Position numbers and translations under genes: made by a program
Source of the DNA: an uncultured Oscillospiraceae bacterium
GTDB lineage: Bacteria > Bacillota > Clostridia > Oscillospirales > Oscillospiraceae
Direction: 5' to 3'
Assembly (NCBI GenBank): GCA_900768135.1
Contig: CAAGBT010000055.1
Span: 113,852-177,851, forward strand
Length of the DNA stretch: 64,000 nucleotides
In this document: positions 20,827 to 31,342 of the stretch, piece by piece
How the letters are laid out: each line of letters begins with the position of its first letter
Position numbering within the stretch: position 1 is the first letter of the stretch
The notes under the pieces: generated by a model
What the model was told of the DNA's origin: nothing
Databases searched by the model: none
The model's input: the letters and a program-made list of their open reading frames with translations, nothing else

Positions 20827-21525
20827 ATGATGGAGAGCGTTCTTGCGGATCTGCCGCAGCTTTCTGTCCTTGCGATCACGGTGCGCCTTCTGCTTACCAC
20901 TGTTTTTGCCGGAACGCTCGGCTACGAGCGCGAGCGGCACAAGCAGGCGGCGGGCTTTCGCACCTACATCATCGTGGCCGACGCCTCGGCGCTGGTAATG
21001 ATGACAAATATTTTTATCGGCCAGTCCGTCGGCACGACGGATCTTGTCCGTATGCCGGCATCCGTCATCACCGGACTCGGCTTTCTTGGCGCCGGTACGA
21101 TCCTCGTCACCAAAAGCCAGGAGATCAAGGGGCTGACCACGGCGGCAGGTCTGTGGGCTGTTGCCAACATCGGGCTTGCGCTCGGCGCGGGATTCTACGC
21201 AGGCGGTGCGATCTGCTACGGATTCATCCTTGTGGCGATGAATATTCTGCGTCTGGTGGATCAGCACATCGAAAAGAATCGGAAGGTCTGCGAGATTTAC
21301 TGTGAGATGCGGTCGGCGCAGGTGATCGGCAGAATGATCCGCTGCGCGCGCGAGCGGGATTACAGCGTTTCCGACTTCAGCCTTTACAACGAGCCGACCT
21401 ATGGCGACGAGAGCGCGCCGCTGTGCGGCACGTTCATGCTCTGGGTGGGCAAAAAGATGACGCTGGAGGCCGTGCTGGCCGAGCTGGAGCAGATCGACGG
21501 CGTGCAGTATCTGACAACTGTATGA
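20827..21525 (+). CDS. MgtC/SapB-family membrane protein
   Basis: The N-terminal MgtC domain (ERERHKQAAGFRTYIIVADASAL..GLGFLGAGTIL) is followed by a C-terminal ACT-like domain. Confidence 0.75.
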   Translation: MMESVLADLPQLSVLAITVRLLLTTVFAGTLGYERERHKQAAGFRTYIIVADASALVMMTNIFIGQSVGTTDLVRMPASVITGLGFLGAGTILVTKSQEIKGLTTAAGLWAVANIGLALGAGFYAGGAICYGFILVAMNILRLVDQHIEKNRKVCEIYCEMRSAQVIGRMIRCARERDYSVSDFSLYNEPTYGDESAPLCGTFMLWVGKKMTLEAVLAELEQIDGVQYLTTV

Positions 21526-21757
21526 AGAGCGGGATGCGGGGTTTGACCGTATGCCGGCTGCGGGACGAATAAAAAGCTGCGGGATACGTATCCCGCAGCT
21601 TTTTGCCGCAGCAGGGACAAAACTGACAAAATCCGTGCAAAACTGACAAGTTTTCTGTAATGCTTGATATTTATACATTAAGGCGTTAAAATTCCAGAAT
21701 CGGCGCGGGGGCTGAGAACGCGCGCCGGATATCAAGAAGAAATTGGAGGAATTTAGC

Positions 21758-22885
21758 ATGAAGAAGCTTATGGCACTGCTGCTGACGCTCATGATGCTGC
21801 TCTCCCTTGTCGCCTGCGGCGATAAGAAGACGGACGATCAGCAGAACCCCGACGATCAGCAGGGAACCGAGGAGAACGATCTTGTTGCCGCCGCGCAGGC
21901 CGAGGGTGAACTGGTCGTCTACGGCTCCTGCGAGGAAGAGTATCTTGCCGCCGCCTGCGAAAAGTTCGAATCGCTCTACGGCATCAAGACCACCTATCAG
22001 CGTCTGTCTACCGGCGAGGTGCAGGCGAAGATCGAAGAAGAGAACGGCAATCCGTCCGCTGACGTCTGGTTCGGCGGCACGACCGACCCGTACAACGTTG
22101 TTGCGGCCGAGGGGCTGCTCGAGGCCTATGAGGCTGAGAATGCGTCCCATCTGATCAGCAGCGTTTACCGCAATGCGGACGGCTACTGGTACGGCATCTA
22201 CAAGGGCATCCTCGGCTTCATGGTCAACACCAGCGAGCTTGAGCGCATGGGCCTTGAGGCTCCGCAGGACTGGCAGGATCTGCTCAAGCCCGAGTATAAG
22301 GGCCTGATCTGGCTGTCCAACTACAACACTGCCGGTACGGCGAAGCTGGTCATCAACACCATGATCCAGAAGTACGGCCATGACGAGGGCATCCAGTACC
22401 TCGTTGACCTTGACAAGAACATCGAGGTCTACACCAAGTCCGGCTCCGGCCCGAGCAAGAACGTCGGCACCGGCGAGTGCGTGATCGGCATCGGCTTCCT
22501 GCATGACGGCATCACCCAGATCATCGACAACGGCTACGACAATATCCAGCTCATTATCCCGTCCTCCGGCACCTCCTTCGAGATCGGCGCTACCGCCATC
22601 TTCAAGGGTGCGGCTCACCCCAACGCGGCGAAGCTGTGGATCGAATTTGCGCTTTCTCCCGACTGCGTGAACATCGCCAAGGACAACGGCTCCTATCAGT
22701 TCCTCGTTATCGATAACGCTGAGCAGCCCGAGCAGGCGGCTGAGTTCGGCCTCGACCCGGACAACGTTATGGACTATGACTTTGAGGATGCCACCGCAAA
22801 CATCAAGACCTATGTGGAAGAGGTCATGACTGCGCTGAGCAACTCCGGCGCCGATACCAGCGAGGGCCGCTTCAAGACCGAATGA
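21758..22885 (+). CDS. ABC transporter substrate-binding lipoprotein, Fe(3+) / polyamine / thiamine-type (FbpA/AfuA/PotD-like) fold
   Basis: Signal peptide with lipobox (LVACG). The N-terminal region LVVYGSCEEEYLAAACEKFESLYGIKTTYQRLSTGEV is characteristic of this SBP family. Confidence 0.75.
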   Translation: MKKLMALLLTLMMLLSLVACGDKKTDDQQNPDDQQGTEENDLVAAAQAEGELVVYGSCEEEYLAAACEKFESLYGIKTTYQRLSTGEVQAKIEEENGNPSADVWFGGTTDPYNVVAAEGLLEAYEAENASHLISSVYRNADGYWYGIYKGILGFMVNTSELERMGLEAPQDWQDLLKPEYKGLIWLSNYNTAGTAKLVINTMIQKYGHDEGIQYLVDLDKNIEVYTKSGSGPSKNVGTGECVIGIGFLHDGITQIIDNGYDNIQLIIPSSGTSFEIGATAIFKGAAHPNAAKLWIEFALSPDCVNIAKDNGSYQFLVIDNAEQPEQAAEFGLDPDNVMDYDFEDATANIKTYVEEVMTALSNSGADTSEGRFKTE

Positions 22886-23038
22886 TCTGACGGCGCCCCA
22901 TTCCCGCGCTTTCCCCTGCAAAAACAGCTGTCGGGGCGGCGGCTGAGGCCGCCGCCCCGCTTTTTATCATCACCGCGCATGATCCCATACTTTTATCGAC
23001 CATTCCTTTCCGTTACAGGGATGAGAAAGGGGTTTCCT

Positions 23039-24748
23039 ATGGCACGATCTCAAGGTGCGGCGCTCGACCGGAAAAAGCTGATGGCTGATCCGGTCATGGT
23101 CACGACCATCGTCGTACTCATCACATTTCTGACGCTGTTTATTCTCTACCCGCTGGCGATCCTGCTGGTGGATAGTTTTGTGGGCGACGGCAGCTTCGGC
23201 TTCGGCATTTTCCGGCGCATTTTTGCCATGCCCACCTTTACCAAAGCAATCGGCAACACGCTGAAGGTCGGATTCCTTGTCGGCATCCTTTCGGCACTCA
23301 TCGGCCTGCTGTTCGCCTATGTTGAAGTCTACGTCCGTATGGGCAGGTTTGTCGGCGGACTGTTCAAAGTCGTTTCGATGCTGCCGGTGGTCTCGCCGCC
23401 GTTCGTGCTTTCGCTGTCCATGATCATGCTCTTCGGCAAGGCGGGCATCATCACCCGGTTCCTGCTGGGCATCTATGACAACAGCGTGTACGGCTTCTGG
23501 GGCATCGCCATCGTGCAGACGCTTACATTTTTCCCCGTGTGCTACATGATGCTCAAGGGTCTGCTGAAGAACATTGACCCTTCGCTGGAGGAAGCGGCGC
23601 GCGATATGGGCGCGAGCCGCTGGAAGGTCTTCACAAGCGTGACGCTGCCGCTGCTGCTGCCCGGCCTCGGCAACGCTTTCCTCGTCACGTTTATCGAGTC
23701 CATTGCCGATTTTGCCAACCCCATGCTCATCGGCGGCTCCTATGATACGCTGGCAACGACCATTTACCTTCAGATCACCGGATCCTACGACAAGCCGGGC
23801 GCGGCGGCGATGGCGGTGGTGCTGCTGTGCATCACGCTGGCAATGTTTGCCGTGCAGAAATACTATCTGGAGCGCAAGACCGCCGCAACGCTTACCGGCA
23901 AGGCCTCCCGCGGGCGGATGCTCATTGAGGACCGGAGCGTGAAAACGCCGCTCACCATCCTCTGCGCGCTGGCGGCGACGTTCGTTATCCTCATGTATAT
24001 CTGTGTTCCCATCGGCGCGTTCTTCCCGACGTGGGGCTACAAGTTCTTCCCGCTTACGGGCAAGTGGTTCAAGCTGATCTTTACGCGCTACCACGGTCTG
24101 CAGGCGTTCCGCGATTCCTTCGTCCTCTCGCTGATCTCCGCCCCCATCACGGCGCTGCTGAGCATGATCATTTCGTATCTGGTCGTGAAGCGGAAATTCA
24201 GGGCCAAGGGCTTTATCGAGGCGGTGTCCATGCTGGCCATGGCCGTACCCGGCACAGTGCTTGGCGTGGGCTATATTCGCGGCTTCTCCGGCGGACTGTT
24301 CCATTCCGGCGTTTTGCAGGGGATCTACGGCACGGGCCTCATTCTGATCATCGTCTTTGTGGTGCGCTCGCTGCCCACCGGTACGCGCAGCGGTATCTCC
24401 GCCCTGCGCCAGATCGACAAATCCATTGAGGAATCCGCCTACGACATGGGCGCGGACAGCTTTAAGGTCTTCATGACCGTTACGCTTCCGCTCATCAAGG
24501 ATTCCTTCCTTTCCGGCCTGGTAACGGCATTCGTCCGTTCCATCACCGCCATTTCCGCCATCATCCTGCTCGTGACGCCGCAGTTCCTGCTCATCACGGT
24601 GCAGATCAACGAGTTTGCCGAAAAGGGATCCTACAGCCTGGCCTGCGCGTTTGCGACCATCCTGATCGTGATCACCTACGGCGCGGTGCTGCTGATGAAC
24701 CTGTTCATCAAGCACTTCGGCACCAGCAAGAAAATGAAGGAGGATTAA
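23039..24748 (+). CDS. ABC transporter permease, fused two-domain (FbpB/ThiP-like)
   Basis: About 570 aa carrying two BPD_transp_1 modules, each with its own EAA-like loop. The start is preceded by AAAGGGG. Confidence 0.8.
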   Translation: MARSQGAALDRKKLMADPVMVTTIVVLITFLTLFILYPLAILLVDSFVGDGSFGFGIFRRIFAMPTFTKAIGNTLKVGFLVGILSALIGLLFAYVEVYVRMGRFVGGLFKVVSMLPVVSPPFVLSLSMIMLFGKAGIITRFLLGIYDNSVYGFWGIAIVQTLTFFPVCYMMLKGLLKNIDPSLEEAARDMGASRWKVFTSVTLPLLLPGLGNAFLVTFIESIADFANPMLIGGSYDTLATTIYLQITGSYDKPGAAAMAVVLLCITLAMFAVQKYYLERKTAATLTGKASRGRMLIEDRSVKTPLTILCALAATFVILMYICVPIGAFFPTWGYKFFPLTGKWFKLIFTRYHGLQAFRDSFVLSLISAPITALLSMIISYLVVKRKFRAKGFIEAVSMLAMAVPGTVLGVGYIRGFSGGLFHSGVLQGIYGTGLILIIVFVVRSLPTGTRSGISALRQIDKSIEESAYDMGADSFKVFMTVTLPLIKDSFLSGLVTAFVRSITAISAIILLVTPQFLLITVQINEFAEKGSYSLACAFATILIVITYGAVLLMNLFIKHFGTSKKMKED

Positions 24749-24751
24749 GCC

Positions 24752-25828
24752 ATGGATAAGATCAGAAAGGGCGTTCGCCTCGACCATATCTCCAAGATCT
24801 ATCAGGATCCCAAAACCGGAAAGGATTTTTACGCCGTAAAGGACACCTCGCTTACCATTGAGCCGGGCGCGTTCGTTACGCTGCTGGGTCCCTCCGGCTG
24901 CGGAAAAACCACCACGCTGCGCATGATCGCCGGCTTTGAAAGCCCCGACGAGGGCGAGATCTATCTCGGCGATGAACCGATCAACGCGCTTACGCCCAAC
25001 AAGCGAGACACTGCGATGGTCTTCCAGTCCTATGCGCTGCTGCCGCATTACAACGTGTTCGACAACGTTGCCTACGGCCTCAAGCTGCGCAAGGTACCCA
25101 AGGATGAGATCCGCGAGCGCGTGATGCACATTCTTGCGCTTGTGGAGCTGACGGGAATGGAAGGGCGCATGACGAACCAGCTCTCCGGCGGCCAGCAGCA
25201 GCGCGTGGCGCTGGCGCGCGCGCTCGTGATCGAGCCGAGCGTGCTGCTGTTCGACGAGCCGCTTTCCAACCTTGACGCGAAGCTGCGCGTTTCGATGCGC
25301 ACCGAGATCCGCCGCATCCAGCAGGAGGTCGGCATCACCGCGATTTACGTTACGCACGACCAGAGCGAGGCGATGGCGCTCTCCGATCAGATCATCATCA
25401 TGAACAAGGGCGTCGTCGCGCAGATCGGCACGCCGCAGGAGATCTATTATCACCCCGTCAACGAGTTCGTCGCCGATTTTATCGGCGAGGCGAATTTCCT
25501 GCACGGAAGGATGACCGGAACGGAAAACGGCCTTGCCGTACTCGATGTGGAGGGCGAAAAGCTTTCCGTCGCCGCGCGCGAGGGCATGAGCGCCGGGCAG
25601 GACTACACGCTGGTGCTGCGGCCCGAATCTGCATCGCTTGCCGATGAGGGCGGGCTTCCCTGCAAGGTGGAGCTTTCCTGCTTCATGGGTTCGTATCAGA
25701 ACTATCACGTCCGCGTGGGCAATACGCTCGTCAAGCTGGCCGAGAGCGACCCGCGCAGCAAGCGTATCTACCGCGTGGGCGAGCAGTGCCGCCTGACCTT
25801 TGCACCGGACGCGGTACACGTCCTTTGA
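24752..25828 (+). CDS. ABC transporter ATP-binding protein (FbpC/PotA-like, with a C-terminal TOBE-like domain)
   Basis: Walker A (GPSGCGKTT), LSGGQQQRVALARAL and Walker B (LLFDEPLSNLD) are all present. Confidence 0.85.
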   Translation: MDKIRKGVRLDHISKIYQDPKTGKDFYAVKDTSLTIEPGAFVTLLGPSGCGKTTTLRMIAGFESPDEGEIYLGDEPINALTPNKRDTAMVFQSYALLPHYNVFDNVAYGLKLRKVPKDEIRERVMHILALVELTGMEGRMTNQLSGGQQQRVALARALVIEPSVLLFDEPLSNLDAKLRVSMRTEIRRIQQEVGITAIYVTHDQSEAMALSDQIIIMNKGVVAQIGTPQEIYYHPVNEFVADFIGEANFLHGRMTGTENGLAVLDVEGEKLSVAAREGMSAGQDYTLVLRPESASLADEGGLPCKVELSCFMGSYQNYHVRVGNTLVKLAESDPRSKRIYRVGEQCRLTFAPDAVHVL

Positions 25829-25853
25829 TCCTTTGCCGATCGATCATTCAAAT

Positions 25854-25894
25854 AGCAGAAGCCCGCTGCCTGGCAGCGGGCTTCTGCTATTATT
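25854..25894. terminator. Rho-independent terminator after the ABC operon
   Basis: A 17-bp stem, AGCAGAAGCCCGCTGCC-tgg-CAGCGGGCTTCTGCT, followed by ATTATT. Confidence 0.55.
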
Positions 25895-26047
25895 GCGTTG
25901 TCCGTGCGTTCAGCGCCTCTGTTCGCTGCGGTGGAAAGCATGGAGCGGCTCCTGCCGGCGTTGTGAGAGCCGCCTCCGCGAACGGCGCAGGGGGATGGCT
26001 GCTGCGGCCTTGCGGGTAGTGCGCAAAGAAAATGGAGCTTTGCCCTC

Positions 26048-27721
26048 TTATCTGATCCGCGCGGCCATATCTCCGCGCAGCGCGGCGCAGAGGGCCTTTG
26101 CGCCATCTGCGGTTTCCGCGCGGGCGGAATAGTAGAGCTTCAGCTTGGGTTCTGTGCCGCTGGGGCGGACGGTGACCCTCCCGTGCGATGTGTGGAACGC
26201 AAGCACATCGCTGCGCGGCAGGCCGTCGGCACCCGAAAGATAATCGCACACCTGCATCACCGGCTCGCCGCCAAGCGTTTCCGGCGGATTTTCCCGCAGC
26301 AGCGTCATCACGCGCTGCATCTGCGCCATGACGCCGCCGCCCGGCATCTCCAGGCTTTGCAGCTCGTCCTGCCAGCAGCCGAAGCGCGCGTACAGCGCGT
26401 CCATGACCTGCGCGAGCGTTTTACCCTGCGTGCGGTACCATGCGGCCATTTCGCAGCAGAGCATCGCAGCGTTTACGGCGTCCTTGTCGCGCACATGGCT
26501 GCCGGAAAGATAACCGTAGCTCTCCTCAAAGCCGAAAAGATAGCGTTCCGCCTCGCCTGCCCGCTCCAGCGAACCGATCTGCTCGCCGATGAATTTGAAG
26601 CCCGTGAGCGTGCGCCGCAGCTCCACGCCGTAGTGCGCGGCCACGGCGTCCGCCATGCCGGTGGAAACGATCGTCGTCACCGCAACGGGACGCGCGGGCA
26701 TCGTGCCGTTTTCGATCCTGCGGCGGCAGAGATAGTCGAGCAGCAGCACGCCCATTTCGTTGCCGCTGAGCGGCCGGAACCCATCGCCTTCCGGTACGGC
26801 CGCGCCCATGCGGTCGCAGTCGGGGTCGGTGCCGATGAGCAGGTCGGCGCGCAGCCTGCGCGCAAGCGCGAGGCCGCGTTCCATCGCCGCGCGCTCCTCC
26901 GGATTGGGATAGGGACAGGTGGGGAAATGCCCGTCGGGCAGCTCCTGCTCGGGGACGATGGTGATATCCTGCACGCCGATGCGGTGCAAAATGCCGGTCA
27001 CGCACTCCCGGCCTGTGCCGTTGAGCGGCGTATAGACCACGCGCAGACCGGATTTGTCGCCGTTCCACACGCTTAAACGCTGCACGGCGTCAAGAAAGGC
27101 GCTGAGGCAGCTGTCCTCGATGTAGCGGATGCGCCCGTCTGAGAGCGCCTTGTCGAAGCTGCACGGCGCTGCGGCGGGGAAGAAGGGGAGTTTTTCAATT
27201 TCCTGCTGCACGGCGGCGGCAGCGGAGAGCGTGATCTGGCAGCCGTCCGGGCCGTAGACCTTATAGCCGTTATAGGCGGCGGGATTGTGGCTGGCGGTGA
27301 TGCACACGCCTGCGCCGCAGCCATGGCAGCGCACCGCCCAGCTGAGCGCGGGCGTAGGCTCCAGGCGCGGATAGAGAAAAACGGCGACGCCGTTTTCCGC
27401 CAGCACGCGCGCCGCTTCGCGGGCAAACAGGTCGGAATGGATGCGGCTGTCGTAGGCAATGGCGGCGCGCAGCGGCAGCCCGGCGGATCTGAGCCAGGCG
27501 GCAAGTCCCTGCGTTGCGCGGCGCACAACATAGAGATTCATGCGGTTTGTCCCCGCGCCCAGCACGCCGCGCAGCCCGCCTGTGCCGAAGGAAAGGTCAC
27601 AGGAAAAGCGGTCGTGGATCTCCGCGCTGTCGCGCGCAGGGTCGAGCGCGCGCAGCTCCTGCTGCATCTCCTCGTCCTGCGCCGATGCGAGCCATTGGCG
27701 GTAGCGTTCCAAAGCGTCCAT
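26048..27721 (-). CDS. Phosphoglucomutase / phosphomannomutase (alpha-D-phosphohexomutase, PgcA-like)
   Basis: 557 aa with the active-site Ser loop TASHNPAAYNGYKV and a metal-binding loop. Confidence 0.85.
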   Translation of the reverse strand: MDALERYRQWLASAQDEEMQQELRALDPARDSAEIHDRFSCDLSFGTGGLRGVLGAGTNRMNLYVVRRATQGLAAWLRSAGLPLRAAIAYDSRIHSDLFAREAARVLAENGVAVFLYPRLEPTPALSWAVRCHGCGAGVCITASHNPAAYNGYKVYGPDGCQITLSAAAAVQQEIEKLPFFPAAAPCSFDKALSDGRIRYIEDSCLSAFLDAVQRLSVWNGDKSGLRVVYTPLNGTGRECVTGILHRIGVQDITIVPEQELPDGHFPTCPYPNPEERAAMERGLALARRLRADLLIGTDPDCDRMGAAVPEGDGFRPLSGNEMGVLLLDYLCRRRIENGTMPARPVAVTTIVSTGMADAVAAHYGVELRRTLTGFKFIGEQIGSLERAGEAERYLFGFEESYGYLSGSHVRDKDAVNAAMLCCEMAAWYRTQGKTLAQVMDALYARFGCWQDELQSLEMPGGGVMAQMQRVMTLLRENPPETLGGEPVMQVCDYLSGADGLPRSDVLAFHTSHGRVTVRPSGTEPKLKLYYSARAETADGAKALCAALRGDMAARIR

Positions 27722-27855
27722 ATCCTGCCTCCGTAAGCAAAGAAGTTCAAGCCTGTTATAGCACGCTTTGTCCTGCCCGTCCAGAAGATATTCGTTGCAA
27801 AGCGGATGCTTTCTTGATAAAATGAAAAGAAACGGAAAGCGGGAGGGGGATATTC

Positions 27856-28863
27856 ATGCGCCGTATCTGTGTTCTGCTGGCCACGCTCGGATTTGTGCTG
27901 GCACTGTGTGCCGGCTGCGCGGGGACGCGCGCGCAGGATGCGTCCTCCTTTGCGCCTGCCGAGGAAGACCGGCTCGTTATCTTTACCTCGCACAAGGAGA
28001 ACATTTATGCGCCCATCATCGAGGAGTTTGAGCAGCGCACCGGGATCTGGGTCGAGGTGGAAAGCGGCGGCAGCGTGACAATGCTGAACCGCATCGCCGC
28101 AGGGGACAGCGGCTGCGACGTGATGTTTGGCGGCGGGGCGGACAGCCTGACCGCCTGCAGTGATTGCTTCGCGCCCTATGAGAGCGAAAATGCAGCTGCC
28201 ATCGCGCCGGAGTATGATCTTGGCGGCGGCGCGTGGACGCCGTTTTCCGCGCTTTCCATCGTGCTGGTATACAATACCAAGCTGGTGCGGCAGAATCTGC
28301 CGCACGGCTGGGCGGATCTGTTCGACAGCGGCTGGCGCGGGCGCATCGCTTTCGCCGATCCCTGTGCCTCCGGTTCGGCCTACACGGCGCTCTGCGCGCT
28401 TGCGCAGTTATCCGGCGGCACGGAGCAGGCGTTCGCCGCTTTTGCACGCAACCTCGGCTATGAAACGCTCCCGGATTCCGGCGATGTGATCGCCGCCGTG
28501 GCGGATGGGCGCTGCTACATCGGCGTAACGCTGGAGGAAAACGCCCGCAACGCCATTGCCGAGGGGATGGATGTGGCGATTGTTTATCCCGAGGAGGGAA
28601 CGCTGGTGCTGCCGGACGGCGCGGCTGTGGTCAAGGGATGCGCGCACGAGGAAAACGCCCGCCGCTTTATCGATTTTCTTCTTCTGCCGGAGACGCAGCG
28701 CCACCTGGCAAGCGAGATCAGTCGGCGCAGTGTGCGCGCAGACGTTGGCGCGGGCGATATGCCGGAGATATTACCGCTTGCATACGATCTTTCCTGGGCG
28801 GGCGCGCAGCGGGAAAGCATTCTGGACACATGGCGCGCGCTTTGCGGAGAGGACGCGCCATGA
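27856..28863 (+). CDS. Substrate-binding lipoprotein, Fe(3+)/polyamine-type fold, and the likely ligand sensor partner of the downstream histidine kinase
   Basis: Lipobox (ALCAGCAG). LVIFTSHKENIYAPIIEEFEQRTGIWVEVESGGS is the family signature. Its stop codon overlaps the HK start by ATGA. Confidence 0.7.
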   Translation: MRRICVLLATLGFVLALCAGCAGTRAQDASSFAPAEEDRLVIFTSHKENIYAPIIEEFEQRTGIWVEVESGGSVTMLNRIAAGDSGCDVMFGGGADSLTACSDCFAPYESENAAAIAPEYDLGGGAWTPFSALSIVLVYNTKLVRQNLPHGWADLFDSGWRGRIAFADPCASGSAYTALCALAQLSGGTEQAFAAFARNLGYETLPDSGDVIAAVADGRCYIGVTLEENARNAIAEGMDVAIVYPEEGTLVLPDGAAVVKGCAHEENARRFIDFLLLPETQRHLASEISRRSVRADVGAGDMPEILPLAYDLSWAGAQRESILDTWRALCGEDAP

Positions 28864-30539
28864 GAGAGTGGATCGAGCGTTCGTTCCGCAACCGCATCTT
28901 TTTCACCGTGCTGCTCGTGGCGCTTGTACCGCTGCTGCTGTGCGATGTGCTGATGACGCAGGTGATGATCGCGCGCAGCGAGCGCACGCTCGCGCGCGAA
29001 GCGCAGGAGGAAATGGATGCGCTCGGCGCGCAGCTGGACGCACAGCTGGACGAGAGCGTGAGCGCGGCGCGGGAGCTGGCCGAAAGCACTGTAGCGCGCA
29101 GCGCGCTGCGCCGCGGCGGGAACGATTCCCGCACGCTTTACCAGCTGCTGCACCGCGACACGGTGGCGCTGCGCGCCTATGCGGACTTTGAGATCTACAA
29201 CGCCGAGGGAGAGTGTCTGTATACAACTGCCGCCGAGCAGAGCGCCGTGCGGCGGGACACCGACTGGGGCTTGCTGTATGCCGCACGCACAGCGGGAGAC
29301 ACGGTGCTGCGCGCGGAGAATGGCGCCCTGTGCGGCGCGTGTACGGTAACGGCCTACGGCGGCGAGGTGCTGGGCTACGCGCTCTTCCGCATGGACGGCG
29401 CGGGGCTGAGCGCGCTGTTTGCGCCGCTGCTGCGTCCGTCCGACGATATCCTGCTGGTCGATCCGACGTGGCGCATGGTCTACAGCTCGCAGTCCGTCCA
29501 CGCCGCCGATACGCTGGCGGTGCTGCGCGCGCAGCTGCTTTCGGGCGGAAAACTCTCGGGCGGACAGGAGGACTGCGGCTATTTCGTCCGCGCGGGCAGG
29601 GCGGGCTTTTCCCTGATCCTCCAGCAGCCGCGCACCTACACCGCGCAGGCCGTCCGCTCGATCTACCTGGTCGCGGGCGTGATGGGCGTGCTGTGCCTTG
29701 CGCTGTGCCTTGCTGCGGCCTGGCTGCTCAGCCGGCATCTGTCCGAACCTGTGGGGGAGCTGGACAGCGCCATGCGGCGCGTGGAGGGCGGCGATTATGA
29801 CGTGCGCATCCAGAGCGCGCGCCGCGACGAAATGGGCCGCCTTGCCGCAAGCTTTGACCGCATGACCGGCGAGTACCGCCAGAATCTTGCGCGCAGTGTA
29901 CAGCGCGAGCGTGAGCTGAATGAAACGCGGCTGCGGATGCTGCAATCGCAGCTGAACCCGCATTTCCTCTATAATACGCTCGACTGTATGAAGTGGCTTG
30001 GCGTCACCGGCGGCGTTCCGCAGGTGGCGGAGCTTGCCGCCGACCTTGCCGCCCTGCTGCGCGCGGGCATTTCCGGCAGCGAGCGCATCACGCTGGAGCA
30101 GGAGCTGGAGCTGGTGAGCCGCTATCTTGCGATTCAGGAGGTGCGCTTCGGCGACCGTTTTGTCTGCGAGATCGATGTGGACGAGCGCTTCCGCTACCTG
30201 CTGGTTCCAAAGCTTATCTTGCAGCCGCTGGTGGAAAACGCCATCATCCACGGCGTGAACGACAGTGACGAGGGATTCATCAAGCTTTGGGCGGAGGAGG
30301 ATGCCGGCGATCTGCTGCTGAAGGTATCGGACAACGGAGGCGGAATGCCGGAGGAGGTGCTGCGCCGGATCCGGAACCACGAGGAGATCCCCGGCGGGCA
30401 TCTGGGGCTGAACAATGTGGACCGCATTGTGCGGCTTTCCTATGGTGCGCGCTGCGGGCTGAGTGCGTGGAAGAACGCGGACGGCGGCTGCACCGTGCAG
30501 CTGCGCCTGCCGATGGAGAAGGGGGAGGAAGTATGCTGA
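28860..30539 (+). CDS. Sensor histidine kinase, YesM/LytS-type (two TM helices, extracytoplasmic loop, HAMP, His_kinase and HATPase domains)
   Basis: QSQLNPHFLYNTLDCMKWL is the hallmark of the PF06580 family. The HATPase region contains LQPLVENAIIHG. Confidence 0.85.
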   Translation: MREWIERSFRNRIFFTVLLVALVPLLLCDVLMTQVMIARSERTLAREAQEEMDALGAQLDAQLDESVSAARELAESTVARSALRRGGNDSRTLYQLLHRDTVALRAYADFEIYNAEGECLYTTAAEQSAVRRDTDWGLLYAARTAGDTVLRAENGALCGACTVTAYGGEVLGYALFRMDGAGLSALFAPLLRPSDDILLVDPTWRMVYSSQSVHAADTLAVLRAQLLSGGKLSGGQEDCGYFVRAGRAGFSLILQQPRTYTAQAVRSIYLVAGVMGVLCLALCLAAAWLLSRHLSEPVGELDSAMRRVEGGDYDVRIQSARRDEMGRLAASFDRMTGEYRQNLARSVQRERELNETRLRMLQSQLNPHFLYNTLDCMKWLGVTGGVPQVAELAADLAALLRAGISGSERITLEQELELVSRYLAIQEVRFGDRFVCEIDVDERFRYLLVPKLILQPLVENAIIHGVNDSDEGFIKLWAEEDAGDLLLKVSDNGGGMPEEVLRRIRNHEEIPGGHLGLNNVDRIVRLSYGARCGLSAWKNADGGCTVQLRLPMEKGEEVC

Positions 30540-31282
30540 AGGTACTCATCGTGGACGACGAGGCCGTGGTGCGCCGCGGCATTGTGCTGGGCGTGGACTG
30601 GGCGTTGCTCGGCTGCGCCGTGGTCGGCGAGGCGGCAAACGGCGAAGAGGGGCTTGCCGCCGCCGGGCGCTACAGCCCGAACCTCATTATCACCGATGTG
30701 CGGATGCCGCGCATGGACGGGATCGAAATGATGAACCGCCTGCGCGAGCGCGGCTATGCAGGCCATATCATCGTCCTTACGGCGTATAACGACTTTGACT
30801 ATGCCCGCTCCGCCCTGCGCTACGGCGCTGCGGATTACCTGCTCAAACCCTTCCGCGATCAGGAGCTGGCCGCAGCCATCGGGCGCGTGCAGCAGAAAGA
30901 GGAAGCGGCGCTGAACCGCACGGCGCAGGACGACCTGCTGGCCCTGCCCAAGGGCGATAAGAGCAAATACGTTTTGCAGACGCTGGAATACATTGCGGCG
31001 CATTACGCCGATGCGGATATCAACATCACGAGCATCGCCCGCTCCATCGGCATCAGCGAAGGGCATCTGAGCCATATTTTCAAAAAGGAGACGAGCTATA
31101 CCGCCCTCGGCTACCTCACGCAGTACCGCATCCACATGGCCCGCAGGCTGCTTGCCGACTGCCGCTACAAGGTCTATGAGGTGGCGGCCATGGTGGGATA
31201 CCGGGACGTGGCCTATTTCGGCGCAACGTTCAAAAAGCTCACGGGGCTGTCCCCGTCGGAATACCAGGATCGCTGCCGCTGA
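30533..31282 (+). CDS. Response regulator, YesN-like (receiver domain plus AraC-type HTH)
   Basis: Receiver domain (KVLIVDDEAVVRRG..ITDVRMPRMDG) with a C-terminal AraC HTH (..YLTQYRIHMARRLL..VGYRDVAYFGATFKK). It overlaps the HK gene by 7 nt. Confidence 0.85.
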   Translation: MLKVLIVDDEAVVRRGIVLGVDWALLGCAVVGEAANGEEGLAAAGRYSPNLIITDVRMPRMDGIEMMNRLRERGYAGHIIVLTAYNDFDYARSALRYGAADYLLKPFRDQELAAAIGRVQQKEEAALNRTAQDDLLALPKGDKSKYVLQTLEYIAAHYADADINITSIARSIGISEGHLSHIFKKETSYTALGYLTQYRIHMARRLLADCRYKVYEVAAMVGYRDVAYFGATFKKLTGLSPSEYQDRCR

Positions 31283-31342
31283 TAAAACGGCCAAAAACAT
31301 ACCAAACAGCCGGGCAGAATTTGGAAGAGACGATTATACTTT

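Noticed and set aside
21690-21757. Possible TPP (THI-box) riboswitch upstream of the Fe3+/thiamine-type ABC operon. It contains GGGGCTGAGAA, reminiscent of the GGGG..CUGAGA core.
   Set aside because: The element is far too short, and the remaining conserved THI-box segments (ACCTGATC..GCG.AGGGA) are absent. The stem-loop is more simply a leader hairpin.
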